Below are positions 30,274-38,810 of a DNA stretch of 64,000 nucleotides, one piece after another; the first letter of the stretch is position 1, and each line of letters begins with the position of its first letter. The stretch comes from an archaeon (lineage in GTDB: Archaea; Nanobdellota; Nanobdellia; CSSed11-243R1): positions 1,645 through 65,644 of the forward strand of contig JAJRVP010000015.1 in the NCBI GenBank assembly GCA_024277205.1, given 5' to 3'. Made by a program: the position numbers and the translations under genes. The notes beneath the pieces are model-generated. The model was given only the letters and a program-made list of their open reading frames with translations. It did no database searches and was not told where the DNA came from.

Positions 30274-30433
30274 AACGAGAGACTGAGATTCATGTCACAT
30301 TTTGGCTATTCTTCCCACCTTTTTTATTTTTTATAGATATTGATCAAATATAAATTCTATGGTAACGAATAATATACTTTCAGATATCAAATAAAATAAA
30401 TACTGCGACTTGATTGCCTTATCGGTGATTTAA

Positions 30434-31018
30434 ATGGACAAACCAAATTATGAATATTTTACCAACTCGATTAGATATGTACTCGGGCTGAACAAACAAA
30501 CAATGGGTATAACCTCTCTATTTGAGATTGATAAAAAGTATTTAATTGAAGATTTCATGAAATGGATAAACAAGATAAAAAAGAGAGTCGTAGAGATAAC
30601 TAATTTAGATATAAATCTTAGAGAAAAACTACTATTTGAATTAGAATTATTAGAAAATAAAATCAAACTAATCAAAAAATCAGACATGGAATGGGAGATA
30701 ATTCCATCTTTGATGAATGTTATATCTAATCTTGTAGGATTTGAACATGGAGATATAAATCGAAACTGTCTATTTTACCAAAATTTCAGTCAAGAAATGA
30801 AGAGTCTTAAAAATAAAGGAAAATATCCTACGTATGAGGATATGGCTAAGTTTAGTAAATACAGAATTGAAGAGATCAGCCATATAGTTAACGAACTGCA
30901 CAAGAAGGGATACACCATCTATCAAATACATACAATCGTAAGACTACCACAACTTCAAATTAGAAAGATGCTACAAAAAAGCAGGCTTAAACGCCCGCCT
31001 GCTTCGCTGCTTCCCTGA
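30434..31018 (+). CDS. hypothetical protein (element cargo)
   Basis: 194 aa. The C-terminus runs into the GC-rich island. Confidence 0.3.
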   Translation: MDKPNYEYFTNSIRYVLGLNKQTMGITSLFEIDKKYLIEDFMKWINKIKKRVVEITNLDINLREKLLFELELLENKIKLIKKSDMEWEIIPSLMNVISNLVGFEHGDINRNCLFYQNFSQEMKSLKNKGKYPTYEDMAKFSKYRIEEISHIVNELHKKGYTIYQIHTIVRLPQLQIRKMLQKSRLKRPPASLLP

Positions 31019-31223
31019 GCAGCTCTGAAGCAATCCCTTCTGGTGTTTTCTGCTTTATGCCGAACGCGCTTCTGTAAAGGAAGAATATTGCTTTGCTGAT
31101 GTCCCTGCGAACGAAGGCGTCAACTCTCTCGTCAGAAGCTATCTTGGCGAGGTATCTTGCCTTCGCAAGAATCCTCCTTGCCCTTTTCGTATTTTCATCT
31201 AAAGCAGATTTTTTGTTTTCCAT
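30987..31223 (-). CDS. small helical hypothetical protein encoded with GC-rich codons (compositionally foreign)
   Basis: 78 aa, protein-like amphipathic helices. Codons are GCG/CGC/GGC-rich, unlike the rest of the window. Confidence 0.3.
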   Translation of the reverse strand: MENKKSALDENTKRARRILAKARYLAKIASDERVDAFVRRDISKAIFFLYRSAFGIKQKTPEGIASELLREAAKQAGV

Positions 31224-31224
31224 T

Positions 31225-31345
31225 TAAACCACCTCCGGTGGCGTCTCGGGAGCGTGGTCTCTTAATGCTTTTAGCGAAAGCGCGGTTGCCAACCAAAAGC
31301 TTTAAGTTGGACCAAGCGACAGCCACAAAGGAGGTGGTTGGAAAA
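31225..31345. other. GC-rich structured region upstream of the GC-rich small gene (possible leader or small RNA)
   Basis: Ten-base-pair closing helix AACCACCUCC...GGAGGUGGUU. Internal hairpins include CCAAC-(AAAGCUUU)-GUUGG and GCG-AAAG-CGC. Confidence 0.2.
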
Positions 31346-31398
31346 CAAATTAAACATTAGCAATAAATTATATAAACTCTGAATATGTTTAGTCAAAC

Positions 31399-31794
31399 AT
31401 GAAATACAAACACAGTAATCGTGATTTATTGTCTCTAATATTAATGTTTACATTTGTGATAACCTCAATATTGTTCTTTGTATCGACTGAAGGTAGTTAT
31501 ATGATCAAATATGACATGAATAATCCTTGGAGTCCAACTACAGAAGGTATTATGATGATATTCATCATAGGCACTCCAATAATTCTTGGTATTTTTGATT
31601 TATATTTTATCATATATTACATTGCTAATAACAAAGATGTTCTTTATACGCTAAATGCAGTAGTCAATATTATCTTTGGTATACCTACAGGGATTATTTT
31701 AATATCTAACCTAGGCCCAATAGTTAAACTATTATTTATGTTTATTGGGATATTTACACCAATTATAACTTTAGTTTTTCTCTTTGAAAAATGA
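31399..31794 (+). CDS. multi-pass small membrane protein, hypothetical
   Basis: 131 aa with four hydrophobic helices. Confidence 0.3.
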   Translation: MKYKHSNRDLLSLILMFTFVITSILFFVSTEGSYMIKYDMNNPWSPTTEGIMMIFIIGTPIILGIFDLYFIIYYIANNKDVLYTLNAVVNIIFGIPTGIILISNLGPIVKLLFMFIGIFTPIITLVFLFEK

Positions 31795-32143
31795 CTACTT
31801 AATAAAGATATCCAAATCCCCCAATTTTAGCGTTGAATGAAGAAATGAATAATTTTCTGAGTAAAAGAGCTGAAATTTATGAAAAAGGATTAAAAAAACA
31901 AGATTAAGATTTATACAACTTCTCAACAGCTTCAATAATCAAATCTCCCTTAACCTTTTTCTTAAAAAGTTCTTCAATCTCCTTTATTTTCTTTTCATTT
32001 AGATTTTGTTTGTACATCCTCATCGCCCTCCATAACTTCTCTTATCTCCTGCCTACCATTCAGGCATTTTTTCAAGAATTTCTTTCTTCATTTTAACCAA
32101 TAAGAATTAGATTAAGAAGTATAAAATGTGTTTAATAGTATTA

Positions 32144-32719
32144 TTATTTATAATTTGGATTTCTGCACACATGCCACATGTTGATTGCTCTTTCTTCTAC
32201 AAAGTTTATTTTTCCTTTCTTTTTAAAATCTTCAAGTATTTGTTTTAGTATCTCATATGTCTTTGGTTTGTTAATTCTAAGCCATTCAAAAGGTATATCA
32301 AATGCTTCTCCCTTACAATGTGGGTCCTCTTCTCCAAGCAAAGGATTTGCTAATTTCAAATCCTCAATTGTTCTTGTCATACTAACAATGACTATAAATT
32401 CGGTTTCTGGTGCTTTCTCTTTAAATTGTTCAACTATCTCCCTAAGAATATCAGCCATTTTAACCGACAATACAGGATGCTCTACTGTTTTGGCAATGTA
32501 TACATATTCATTATATCCCACTCTAACTAATTCTCCTCTTTTTAAAGCAGACTCTAAATCTTCTTTAGTTCGATACGCTTTTTTATTCTTGTACCACTCT
32601 CTTTCATTAGCTATTGCTTCTTTCATTTTGATTAGAACATCTTCAGGAACATCTTTTGGTCTTAGAAAATCTTGCTTAGTTGTGAATTTATTCAACTCCG
32701 CTTTTAAAATCCGTGGCAT
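32144..32719 (-). CDS. hypothetical protein (element cargo)
   Basis: 191 aa. Confidence 0.25.
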   Translation of the reverse strand: MPRILKAELNKFTTKQDFLRPKDVPEDVLIKMKEAIANEREWYKNKKAYRTKEDLESALKRGELVRVGYNEYVYIAKTVEHPVLSVKMADILREIVEQFKEKAPETEFIVIVSMTRTIEDLKLANPLLGEEDPHCKGEAFDIPFEWLRINKPKTYEILKQILEDFKKKGKINFVEERAINMWHVCRNPNYK

Positions 32720-32831
32720 AATTAAACTTTATCTGTTATTCGATTTAAAACTTTCTATGTTTCCTCAACAACCTCTTCTTTAATTGGCTCTATTTTGGTC
32801 TCTATATCTTTTTCAACCTCCTGCTTAAGAA

Positions 32832-33617
32832 TTATCCACCACTCTGGTAGCCTTTTTTGGATTTCCATGTCCATAAAATCACCAGCAATAGAACTAGTGA
32901 GAAGGGTTTATTAAAGTTGGAAGAAATTTCAAGTTTTAGAAACAAAAATAAAGGAGAATTTGGATCATCCCTGTTTGGATGAATTTCAAGCCAATTAGCA
33001 AGATAAGGAGTTGATGTAATTAATCTTATTCTTCTCATGCCTGTTTTTCCACTCACAATTATTTTTGCTCCATATTTGTCAAAATTTAAATGTTTAATCT
33101 GCATTGTTGCTAATTCACCAATTCTGCAACCAGATTCATAAAGTGTTGAAATGAGTGCTTTGTCCCTAACATGCCCTGCTGCTTCTATCAATCTTTTTAC
33201 TTCTTCAATTGTCAGGATTTCCTCTGGCAATCTGCTTTTTCCATTTTTCATAGTTGTTTTTAACCATTTGATTTTTTCTGGATACTCTCCATTGTTTAGC
33301 CATTTGTAGAATTTCTTTATAGAAATCTTGTGCAACTGCTTTGTCCATTCTGCATAATCCATTCTTTCTATTTTTTGAACCAAATCCAACAAATCTTCTT
33401 TATTTGCTTTGTCCAAATCTTTGTTCAGCCAAGATATTATGTTTTTCAAAAGATAAAGGTATCGCTCCACTCTCACAATGCTGAGCCCTTGTGCAAAGCA
33501 ATCCCTTTGAAATTTTAAAAGCAGTTCCTTGTTTCTCTTTGAGATTTTTCTAGACTTTTTAATTTTCTCAAGAACTTGTCTAAGCCTTTTCTCAGATTCA
33601 TGAATGTCCTGCTTCAT
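32832..33617 (-). pseudogene. tyrosine recombinase/integrase (XerC/XerD-like), C-terminally truncated
   Basis: N-terminal SAM-like core-binding domain and box I with catalytic Arg (ESGCRIGEL) are present. After NSPLF the frame degenerates, and the HxxR and Tyr motifs are absent. Confidence 0.55.
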
Positions 33618-33685
33618 GCTTTCACCTTCTTAACAAGGCGAGAAGACTTAATTAAGGCTCTAAGGGACACGAATCTGAGATAGAC

Positions 33686-33697
33686 AGCCTCGGGTGG
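33686..33697. repeat. att-like direct repeat (right copy, inside tRNA-Thr 3' end)
   Basis: Exact 12-mer AGCCTCGGGTGG. Confidence 0.5.
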
Positions 33698-33806
33698 GAT
33701 TTGCACCCACGACCTTCGCCTCTTTGCAACCTTTTCTTTGGTTGAGCTTTCTTTTCCAAAGAAAGGTCATACCAAGGCGACGCGCTACTAGCTACGCCAC
33801 CGAGGC
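33686..33806 (-). tRNA. tRNA-Thr (anticodon GGU) with about 47-nt intron in the anticodon loop
   Basis: Acceptor GCCUCGG/CCGAGGC, U8, D-stem GCGU/GCGC, anticodon stem UCGCC/GGCGA, T-arm GUGGG-UGCAAAU-CCCAC, U73 (archaeal Thr identity). Exon junctions give loop UUGGUA|A. The exact splice sites cannot be fixed by eye. Confidence 0.55.
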
Positions 33807-33847
33807 TTAACTAAATTATTAAATATTTCATTTAAATATATATTGCT

Positions 33848-34795
33848 ATGGCGCATCCCCTCTTTTTGATTATTGGGCTTGTTGGACTATGGATTGGCTC
33901 AGGACTAGTAGTCGATGGGGCAAAGGGTTTGGCTAGAAAATTTGGCATATCTGAATTATTCATCGGACTTACAATTGCATCAATTGGAACATCTATTCCA
34001 GAAATATCTGTAAGTCTAATTGGTGCACTTGACAGGTTAAAAGGCATAGAAACATCAGGTGTGGTTGTTGGAAATGCATTAGGTTCAATTCTAAATCAAG
34101 TGACATTAATTATCGGATTAGTTGGGCTTTTTACAGTTTTAACAATTAGCAAAAGAGAATGGAAACGGGAAGGCTTTTCTCTTTTAGCATCTTTAGGAGT
34201 ATTCGCATTAGTTGCATGGGATGGCTACATAAGTCATCTTGAAGGATTCTTCATGATTATTGTATTCATAATATATTTCTTCATCTTAATAAGTTCAGAA
34301 AAAAGAGCTGGAGTAATTCACAATTCAAAAGAAAAAAAGATTAGCGCATTTTTAATGATTCTATCTATAATATTTGGCCTTGCAATTGTTATTTTCTCCT
34401 CAGAATTTACTATTGGTGGTGCATTAGAACTTGCAGAAATGTGGAATATAAAGGAATCATTAATAGGTATTGTAATTATTGGTTTAGGAACAGGACTTCC
34501 AGAACTTATGGTTTCTTTGCGTGCTGTATTAAAAGGTTCTATATCTTTCTCAGTTGGAAATTTGCTTGGAAGTAATGTTGTAGATTTACTCTTCTCTCTT
34601 GGATTAGGCGCCTCAATTTCTGGATTTTTAGTTAACTCCAACATAATTTTATTTGACTTACCTATGTTAATATTAATGACAAGCGTCATGCTGTTGTTAT
34701 TCAGGACAAATCTTAAATTAGAGCGAAAAGAATCTTTAATTTTGATTTTAATCTACATAACCTATGTTGGCATCAAAATATTTTTGAGGTTATAA
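33848..34795 (+). CDS. Na+/Ca2+ exchanger (CaCA / YrbG-like) family transporter
   Basis: 315 aa. Two alpha-repeats carry GTSIPE and GTGLPE. Confidence 0.7.
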   Translation: MAHPLFLIIGLVGLWIGSGLVVDGAKGLARKFGISELFIGLTIASIGTSIPEISVSLIGALDRLKGIETSGVVVGNALGSILNQVTLIIGLVGLFTVLTISKREWKREGFSLLASLGVFALVAWDGYISHLEGFFMIIVFIIYFFILISSEKRAGVIHNSKEKKISAFLMILSIIFGLAIVIFSSEFTIGGALELAEMWNIKESLIGIVIIGLGTGLPELMVSLRAVLKGSISFSVGNLLGSNVVDLLFSLGLGASISGFLVNSNIILFDLPMLILMTSVMLLLFRTNLKLERKESLILILIYITYVGIKIFLRL

Positions 34796-35011
34796 ATTAA
34801 TCTCAACAATTTTGGTTTTTGAGGTTTCCCCTTTTAGAATCTTAATGTCTGATTTTTTAACATTATAATGTTTTGCTAAAATTTCAATTAATTGTTTATT
34901 TGCTTTTCCTTTTTCTGGAGGAGAAGTCAATTTAACCCTCAAGCTTCCATCCATTTCTGTTTCAACTAGATTCATGCTTGATTTAGGAACAACTTTTAGT
35001 TTAATTTGCAT
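34790..35011 (-). CDS. DUF167 (YggU-like, UPF0235) small protein
   Basis: 73 aa. The GKANKQLIEILAK core matches the YggU family. Confidence 0.5.
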   Translation of the reverse strand: MQIKLKVVPKSSMNLVETEMDGSLRVKLTSPPEKGKANKQLIEILAKHYNVKKSDIKILKGETSKTKIVEINL

Positions 35012-35069
35012 AATTTATAAAATAATAAGAAATATAAATTAATTACTACTTTAAAATAGATAGATAGGG

Positions 35070-36071
35070 GTGCTATACATGAGTGTGACTAATGGATTAA
35101 AAAGTGCACTTGAAGCAATATATGACATAAATAACTTAGAAGAAATTCTCATTGTATGCGACAAAAGCAAGGAATTTGTTGTTAAAGCTTTTGAAAATGC
35201 CATATTTAAAAGTAATTTTAATGGAGTGTCAAGGAGATTTTATCTAGATGATTATGAACGGCCTCTTAAATGTGTGCCAAGCGATTTAAATCAAATGATT
35301 GAGGATATGGCTCCAGAATTAACAATCACTTTATTTGAAGCCTATCCTGAAGAAAGACCCATGAGAATAGAATTATTAACTAAGTTAGAAGAAATTGGCA
35401 GAATAGCACATTGCCCTGGAATAACAAAAGAAATGCTAAGAGATGGTGGACCATTTGACATTGATTACAATCAAATGAAACAAAAAGCAATCAAACTAAA
35501 AAAAATATTAAGTCAATATAAAATGTTTGAAATTCGTTCAGGTCCAAATAAAGAGTATAAATTAAATATTTATGTTGGAGATAGAAGATGGCTTGATGAT
35601 TTAACTGTTGCAGAAAGAGGTTTTGGAAATCTTCCTGCTGGTGAGGTATTTGCAGGTCCTATAGAGGACATGGCAAACGGTAAAATGTATGTGGAATACA
35701 GGGCAGGAGAACATCTTCTAAAAAAACCAGTTATTATTACATGGACGCATGGAGTTATCAGAGATATAACAACCAAGGACAAAAAAATGGAAAAAATTCT
35801 AAAAAAAGGATTAAAAATGCATAAATATGGAGATATAATCGGAGAGCTTGGGATAGGATTTAATATAAATGCAGACCCCCAAGCTGAGATTCTAGAAAGT
35901 GAAAAGAAAGGATTGCATATTGCAAGAGGTCCAAGTCCTGAATTTGGTTCACCTTATCACTGTAGCGACCATGAAGATTATTTATTGATAAATGCAGAAT
36001 TAACAGCAATTAAACAAGGAGAAAATGGGGAAAGCGTTCAAATCTACAAAGATGGAAATGTTTTGATTTAA
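35070..36071 (+). CDS. M29-family (aminopeptidase T/PepS-like) metallo-aminopeptidase, tentative
   Basis: 333 aa. NLPAGEVFAGP resembles the conserved M29 motif. Confidence 0.4.
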   Translation: MLYMSVTNGLKSALEAIYDINNLEEILIVCDKSKEFVVKAFENAIFKSNFNGVSRRFYLDDYERPLKCVPSDLNQMIEDMAPELTITLFEAYPEERPMRIELLTKLEEIGRIAHCPGITKEMLRDGGPFDIDYNQMKQKAIKLKKILSQYKMFEIRSGPNKEYKLNIYVGDRRWLDDLTVAERGFGNLPAGEVFAGPIEDMANGKMYVEYRAGEHLLKKPVIITWTHGVIRDITTKDKKMEKILKKGLKMHKYGDIIGELGIGFNINADPQAEILESEKKGLHIARGPSPEFGSPYHCSDHEDYLLINAELTAIKQGENGESVQIYKDGNVLI

Positions 36072-37273
36072 TTAAAATCAAAAATTCTTTTTTGATTCAA
36101 CATTTTACTTTTCTTCTTATATCCTTCAATTGAAATTTTTAATTTTGAATTAATATAACTTAGTGCATCTTGCAGAGTTTGAAATTTCTTTGGACATGAT
36201 TTCATTGCATTTCTTGCATTTTCTCTAACTTGCCAAACACCAAGTGGAACAATATATCCTTCAGAAATCTCTCTAAAAACAATTACTCTTGCTTGCTTTT
36301 TCATTTTGTCCAAAGCTTCGCAAACAGCAAATCTTGCAGCATAATATCCACCACCTTCTTTGTCTGCATATGTTTTTCTTCCTTCGAATGGCTCATATTC
36401 TTCAAGAATAAAAGTTTCTTTAGCATCTTTTGCCCAAGAAGAACCAGGCGCCCATGCTTCGAAATTTTCATATTCCCATTTTCCAGGCATTAAAAGAATT
36501 ATAAAGTGATTATCAAGATATTTTGATTCATAAATAAAGTAGGAATCTATTTGCTTGTATTCGCGAATTCTTTTCATCATCTCTTTTGCAAGAATGTCAT
36601 CAACTGCTGTAATGCTCCATCTTGTTGGAACAAGTTTTTGATTTTTATATTGTCCGAGGGCACCACTTGTGAAAATATTTGTTATATAATAAATATCAAA
36701 ATTTTTGTAAAGAACATTTACTTGCTCAACAGCTTTTAATTCGTCATCAACAATTTTATCAACTTTTTGAGGTATCTTTGGATTTTCAACAATTTTCATT
36801 TTTTCAATTGGTGCTGAGGGGCCCATTGGCTGAGTAATGTCTGAGAAACTTATTTTGTAACTTGGCTTTTTTGCAAATTTTAAATCAACATCTGTTGGCT
36901 TTTTTGACATTGCCAGAAGCTGATTTTCTTCAACAAACCTATTTTTTGATTTAACATTTTGAATTGATTTCGAACGAATAGTCAAAGAACGCATCTCTAT
37001 TATTTTGCTGTATTCCATACCAAACCATTTATTTGGAGAATCAACTAAATTCTCATTTTCAACAGCGCCAATTGGTCCAACAAAAACATTTGGATAATTT
37101 GAATGTCCAACAAAAACAGAGGTAGATGGACCAGAAAATTCTTTTCCAATTTCTAACTTTGGCTTAACATTAAATTTAGCAAGAAGTGGGCAGGGATTAT
37201 TCCCACACAAATGTTTTCCACCCTTACATATAACACAAAGATTTGCAGAAGATACCATTTTAATTAAAATCAT
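36068..37273 (-). CDS. Nre-family (COG1602-like) archaeal DNA-repair-associated protein with N-terminal zinc ribbon
   Basis: 401 aa. The N-terminal motif is CVICKGGKHLCGNNPCP (C-x2-C-x5-C-x4-C-P). Confidence 0.4.
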   Translation of the reverse strand: MILIKMVSSANLCVICKGGKHLCGNNPCPLLAKFNVKPKLEIGKEFSGPSTSVFVGHSNYPNVFVGPIGAVENENLVDSPNKWFGMEYSKIIEMRSLTIRSKSIQNVKSKNRFVEENQLLAMSKKPTDVDLKFAKKPSYKISFSDITQPMGPSAPIEKMKIVENPKIPQKVDKIVDDELKAVEQVNVLYKNFDIYYITNIFTSGALGQYKNQKLVPTRWSITAVDDILAKEMMKRIREYKQIDSYFIYESKYLDNHFIILLMPGKWEYENFEAWAPGSSWAKDAKETFILEEYEPFEGRKTYADKEGGGYYAARFAVCEALDKMKKQARVIVFREISEGYIVPLGVWQVRENARNAMKSCPKKFQTLQDALSYINSKLKISIEGYKKKSKMLNQKRIFDFN

Positions 37274-37291
37274 TCTTGGTGCAGCTTCTTC

Positions 37292-37885
37292 TTAAGAAGG
37301 TGCATCCAGTAATTCCTTTATTGCTTCAACAGGCTTAGTGATTGCTTCCTCATAAGTTGCTGTTGTATTATCAAATAAGATATCATAAATGCTTTTATCA
37401 TTAATATCAATGCCATAAAGTTCTTTATATCTTTGGGCATCAGCATTATCTCTCTCTTCAATCCTTATTTTTGCTTCCTCCTCAGAAATATTTTCTCTCT
37501 TAGCAACTCTTTTTATTCTAACATCCTCTTCGCAATCAACCCAAAGTTTTATATCAGCATTATCTCCCGCAACCCAACCAGTTAATCTTCCAACCAAAAT
37601 AATTTTACCTTGTTTTGCCAATTCAATTGTTTTCTTATCAAGAAGTATGTCTGTATCTTCATTTCTGGTTTTTGAAAATTCTTCAATTGTTATGCCTTTT
37701 TCTTTTGCAAATTCTCTAAATATATCACCCATGCTCTTTAATTCTAGATTAAATGCTTTTGAAATTGCTTTTGCAACAGTTGATTTTCCAGAACCAGAAA
37801 GCCCAGAAACTGTAATTGTTATTCCTTCTTTTTTAATTTCTAATTGTTTTTCAAATTCTTTTAATTTCTCAATATAAGTTCCCAT
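37292..37885 (-). CDS. cmk: cytidylate kinase (archaeal type)
   Basis: 197 aa. The P-loop is ITVSGLSGSGKSTVAKAI. Family and length match archaeal CMP kinases. Confidence 0.65.
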   Translation of the reverse strand: MGTYIEKLKEFEKQLEIKKEGITITVSGLSGSGKSTVAKAISKAFNLELKSMGDIFREFAKEKGITIEEFSKTRNEDTDILLDKKTIELAKQGKIILVGRLTGWVAGDNADIKLWVDCEEDVRIKRVAKRENISEEEAKIRIEERDNADAQRYKELYGIDINDKSIYDILFDNTTATYEEAITKPVEAIKELLDAPS

Positions 37886-37936
37886 TAAAAATTCAACATA
37901 TGAAACAAATTTAAAGTTTTAGAATTTTAAATTATC

Positions 37937-38191
37937 ATGGTTACAATTATTGAATTATTTGGCATGGCTGGAGCAATTCTACTAATTGTGGCTTGGATAC
38001 CTGAACTTATTGAAATAATAAAATCAAAACGCTCTAAGCTTGATAAGAGATTTAGCAGCCTCTTGCTTATAGCAACTATTATATTGTTTATATATAGCGT
38101 ACTAATTAATGATAATGTTTTCACTTTTATTAACGCATTTCTTATGTTTGAGATTGGAATCAGCTTTTACTATAGTGTATTAAGAAAATAA
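37937..38191 (+). CDS. small membrane protein
   Basis: 84 aa with two transmembrane helices. Confidence 0.25.
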   Translation: MVTIIELFGMAGAILLIVAWIPELIEIIKSKRSKLDKRFSSLLLIATIILFIYSVLINDNVFTFINAFLMFEIGISFYYSVLRK

Positions 38192-38237
38192 TTTCTTATA
38201 AGAAAAGTTTATAATATTTTAACTATTAAGTAGTTAC

Positions 38238-38810
38238 ATGAAATTAGAAGAAAAACTAAACATGAAAGTAAAATCAAGGGGGTTAATTCGATTTCTTGAA
38301 AAATTAGATGCTACTATTCTAACACCAAGAGAAATAATTGCGAAATTCAAAAAAAGATATCGCAAAGAAGAACCACACTTAGAAATTGAAAGAGATATTT
38401 ACAAGATATATAACACCCTCAAAGAGTTAGATTATGCAGTGGACATAAAAGATTTCACAAAACCATTCCTATCTCTTGAATCTCTTGAAGATGGAGTAAT
38501 ACCCCAATATGATTTTGGAGAGGATATTGTAGCTGCAAAAGCAATTGGAGATGGAAAAAGACTTCATGCAAGAATGTGGAAATCCAAAACACAAAATGGT
38601 GAGAAATGCTACAGAGTAGAAGCCCACACAGAAATTTATCCTACAACAGGAAAATTAAATTATCCCAAGACATTATGGCAATGGTTGACAAGAGCTAGCC
38701 TTCATATTCGTGACCCAAAAGCAGATTATAACAAAGGCGCACAAATGCTATTAAATGAAATAATGGGATATATAGAAGTATATAATATTCAAACTCTCAT
38801 TAAAGCTTAG
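38238..38810 (+). CDS. hypothetical protein
   Basis: 190 aa. Confidence 0.25.
   Translation: MKLEEKLNMKVKSRGLIRFLEKLDATILTPREIIAKFKKRYRKEEPHLEIERDIYKIYNTLKELDYAVDIKDFTKPFLSLESLEDGVIPQYDFGEDIVAAKAIGDGKRLHARMWKSKTQNGEKCYRVEAHTEIYPTTGKLNYPKTLWQWLTRASLHIRDPKADYNKGAQMLLNEIMGYIEVYNIQTLIKA

Larger units (their letters stand above)
30262..33697. mobile_element. putative integrated element (about 3.4 kb) in tRNA-Thr, bounded by an exact 12-bp direct repeat; carries a truncated integrase and GC-atypical cargo
   Basis: AGCCTCGGGTGG occurs exactly at 30262..30273 and at 33686..33697, the latter being the 3' end of tRNA-Thr. A truncated tyrosine recombinase sits 70 nt from the tRNA. The region carries a GC-rich small gene in an otherwise 30% GC context. 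Confidence 0.5.

Noticed and set aside
30987-31350. SRP RNA or RNase P RNA gene in the GC-rich island
   Set aside because: By eye I could not find the conserved P4 (AGGAAAGUCCGGGCU) or SRP helix-8 motifs on either strand. The island is left as an unclassified structured region plus a GC-rich ORF.
31157-31360. Plus-strand 67-aa ORF in the GC-rich region
   Set aside because: It overlaps the structured GC-rich segment. An open frame is expected by chance in GC-rich sequence, and it has no protein-like features.
33686-33806. Alternative readings of the intron-containing tRNA as tRNA-Phe(GAA) or tRNA-Cys(GCA)
   Set aside because: Those anticodon loops need non-canonical splice positions or leave extra nucleotides in the anticodon stem. 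U73 with canonical 37/38 splicing gives a regular tRNA-Thr(GGU). Thr is preferred but unproven.
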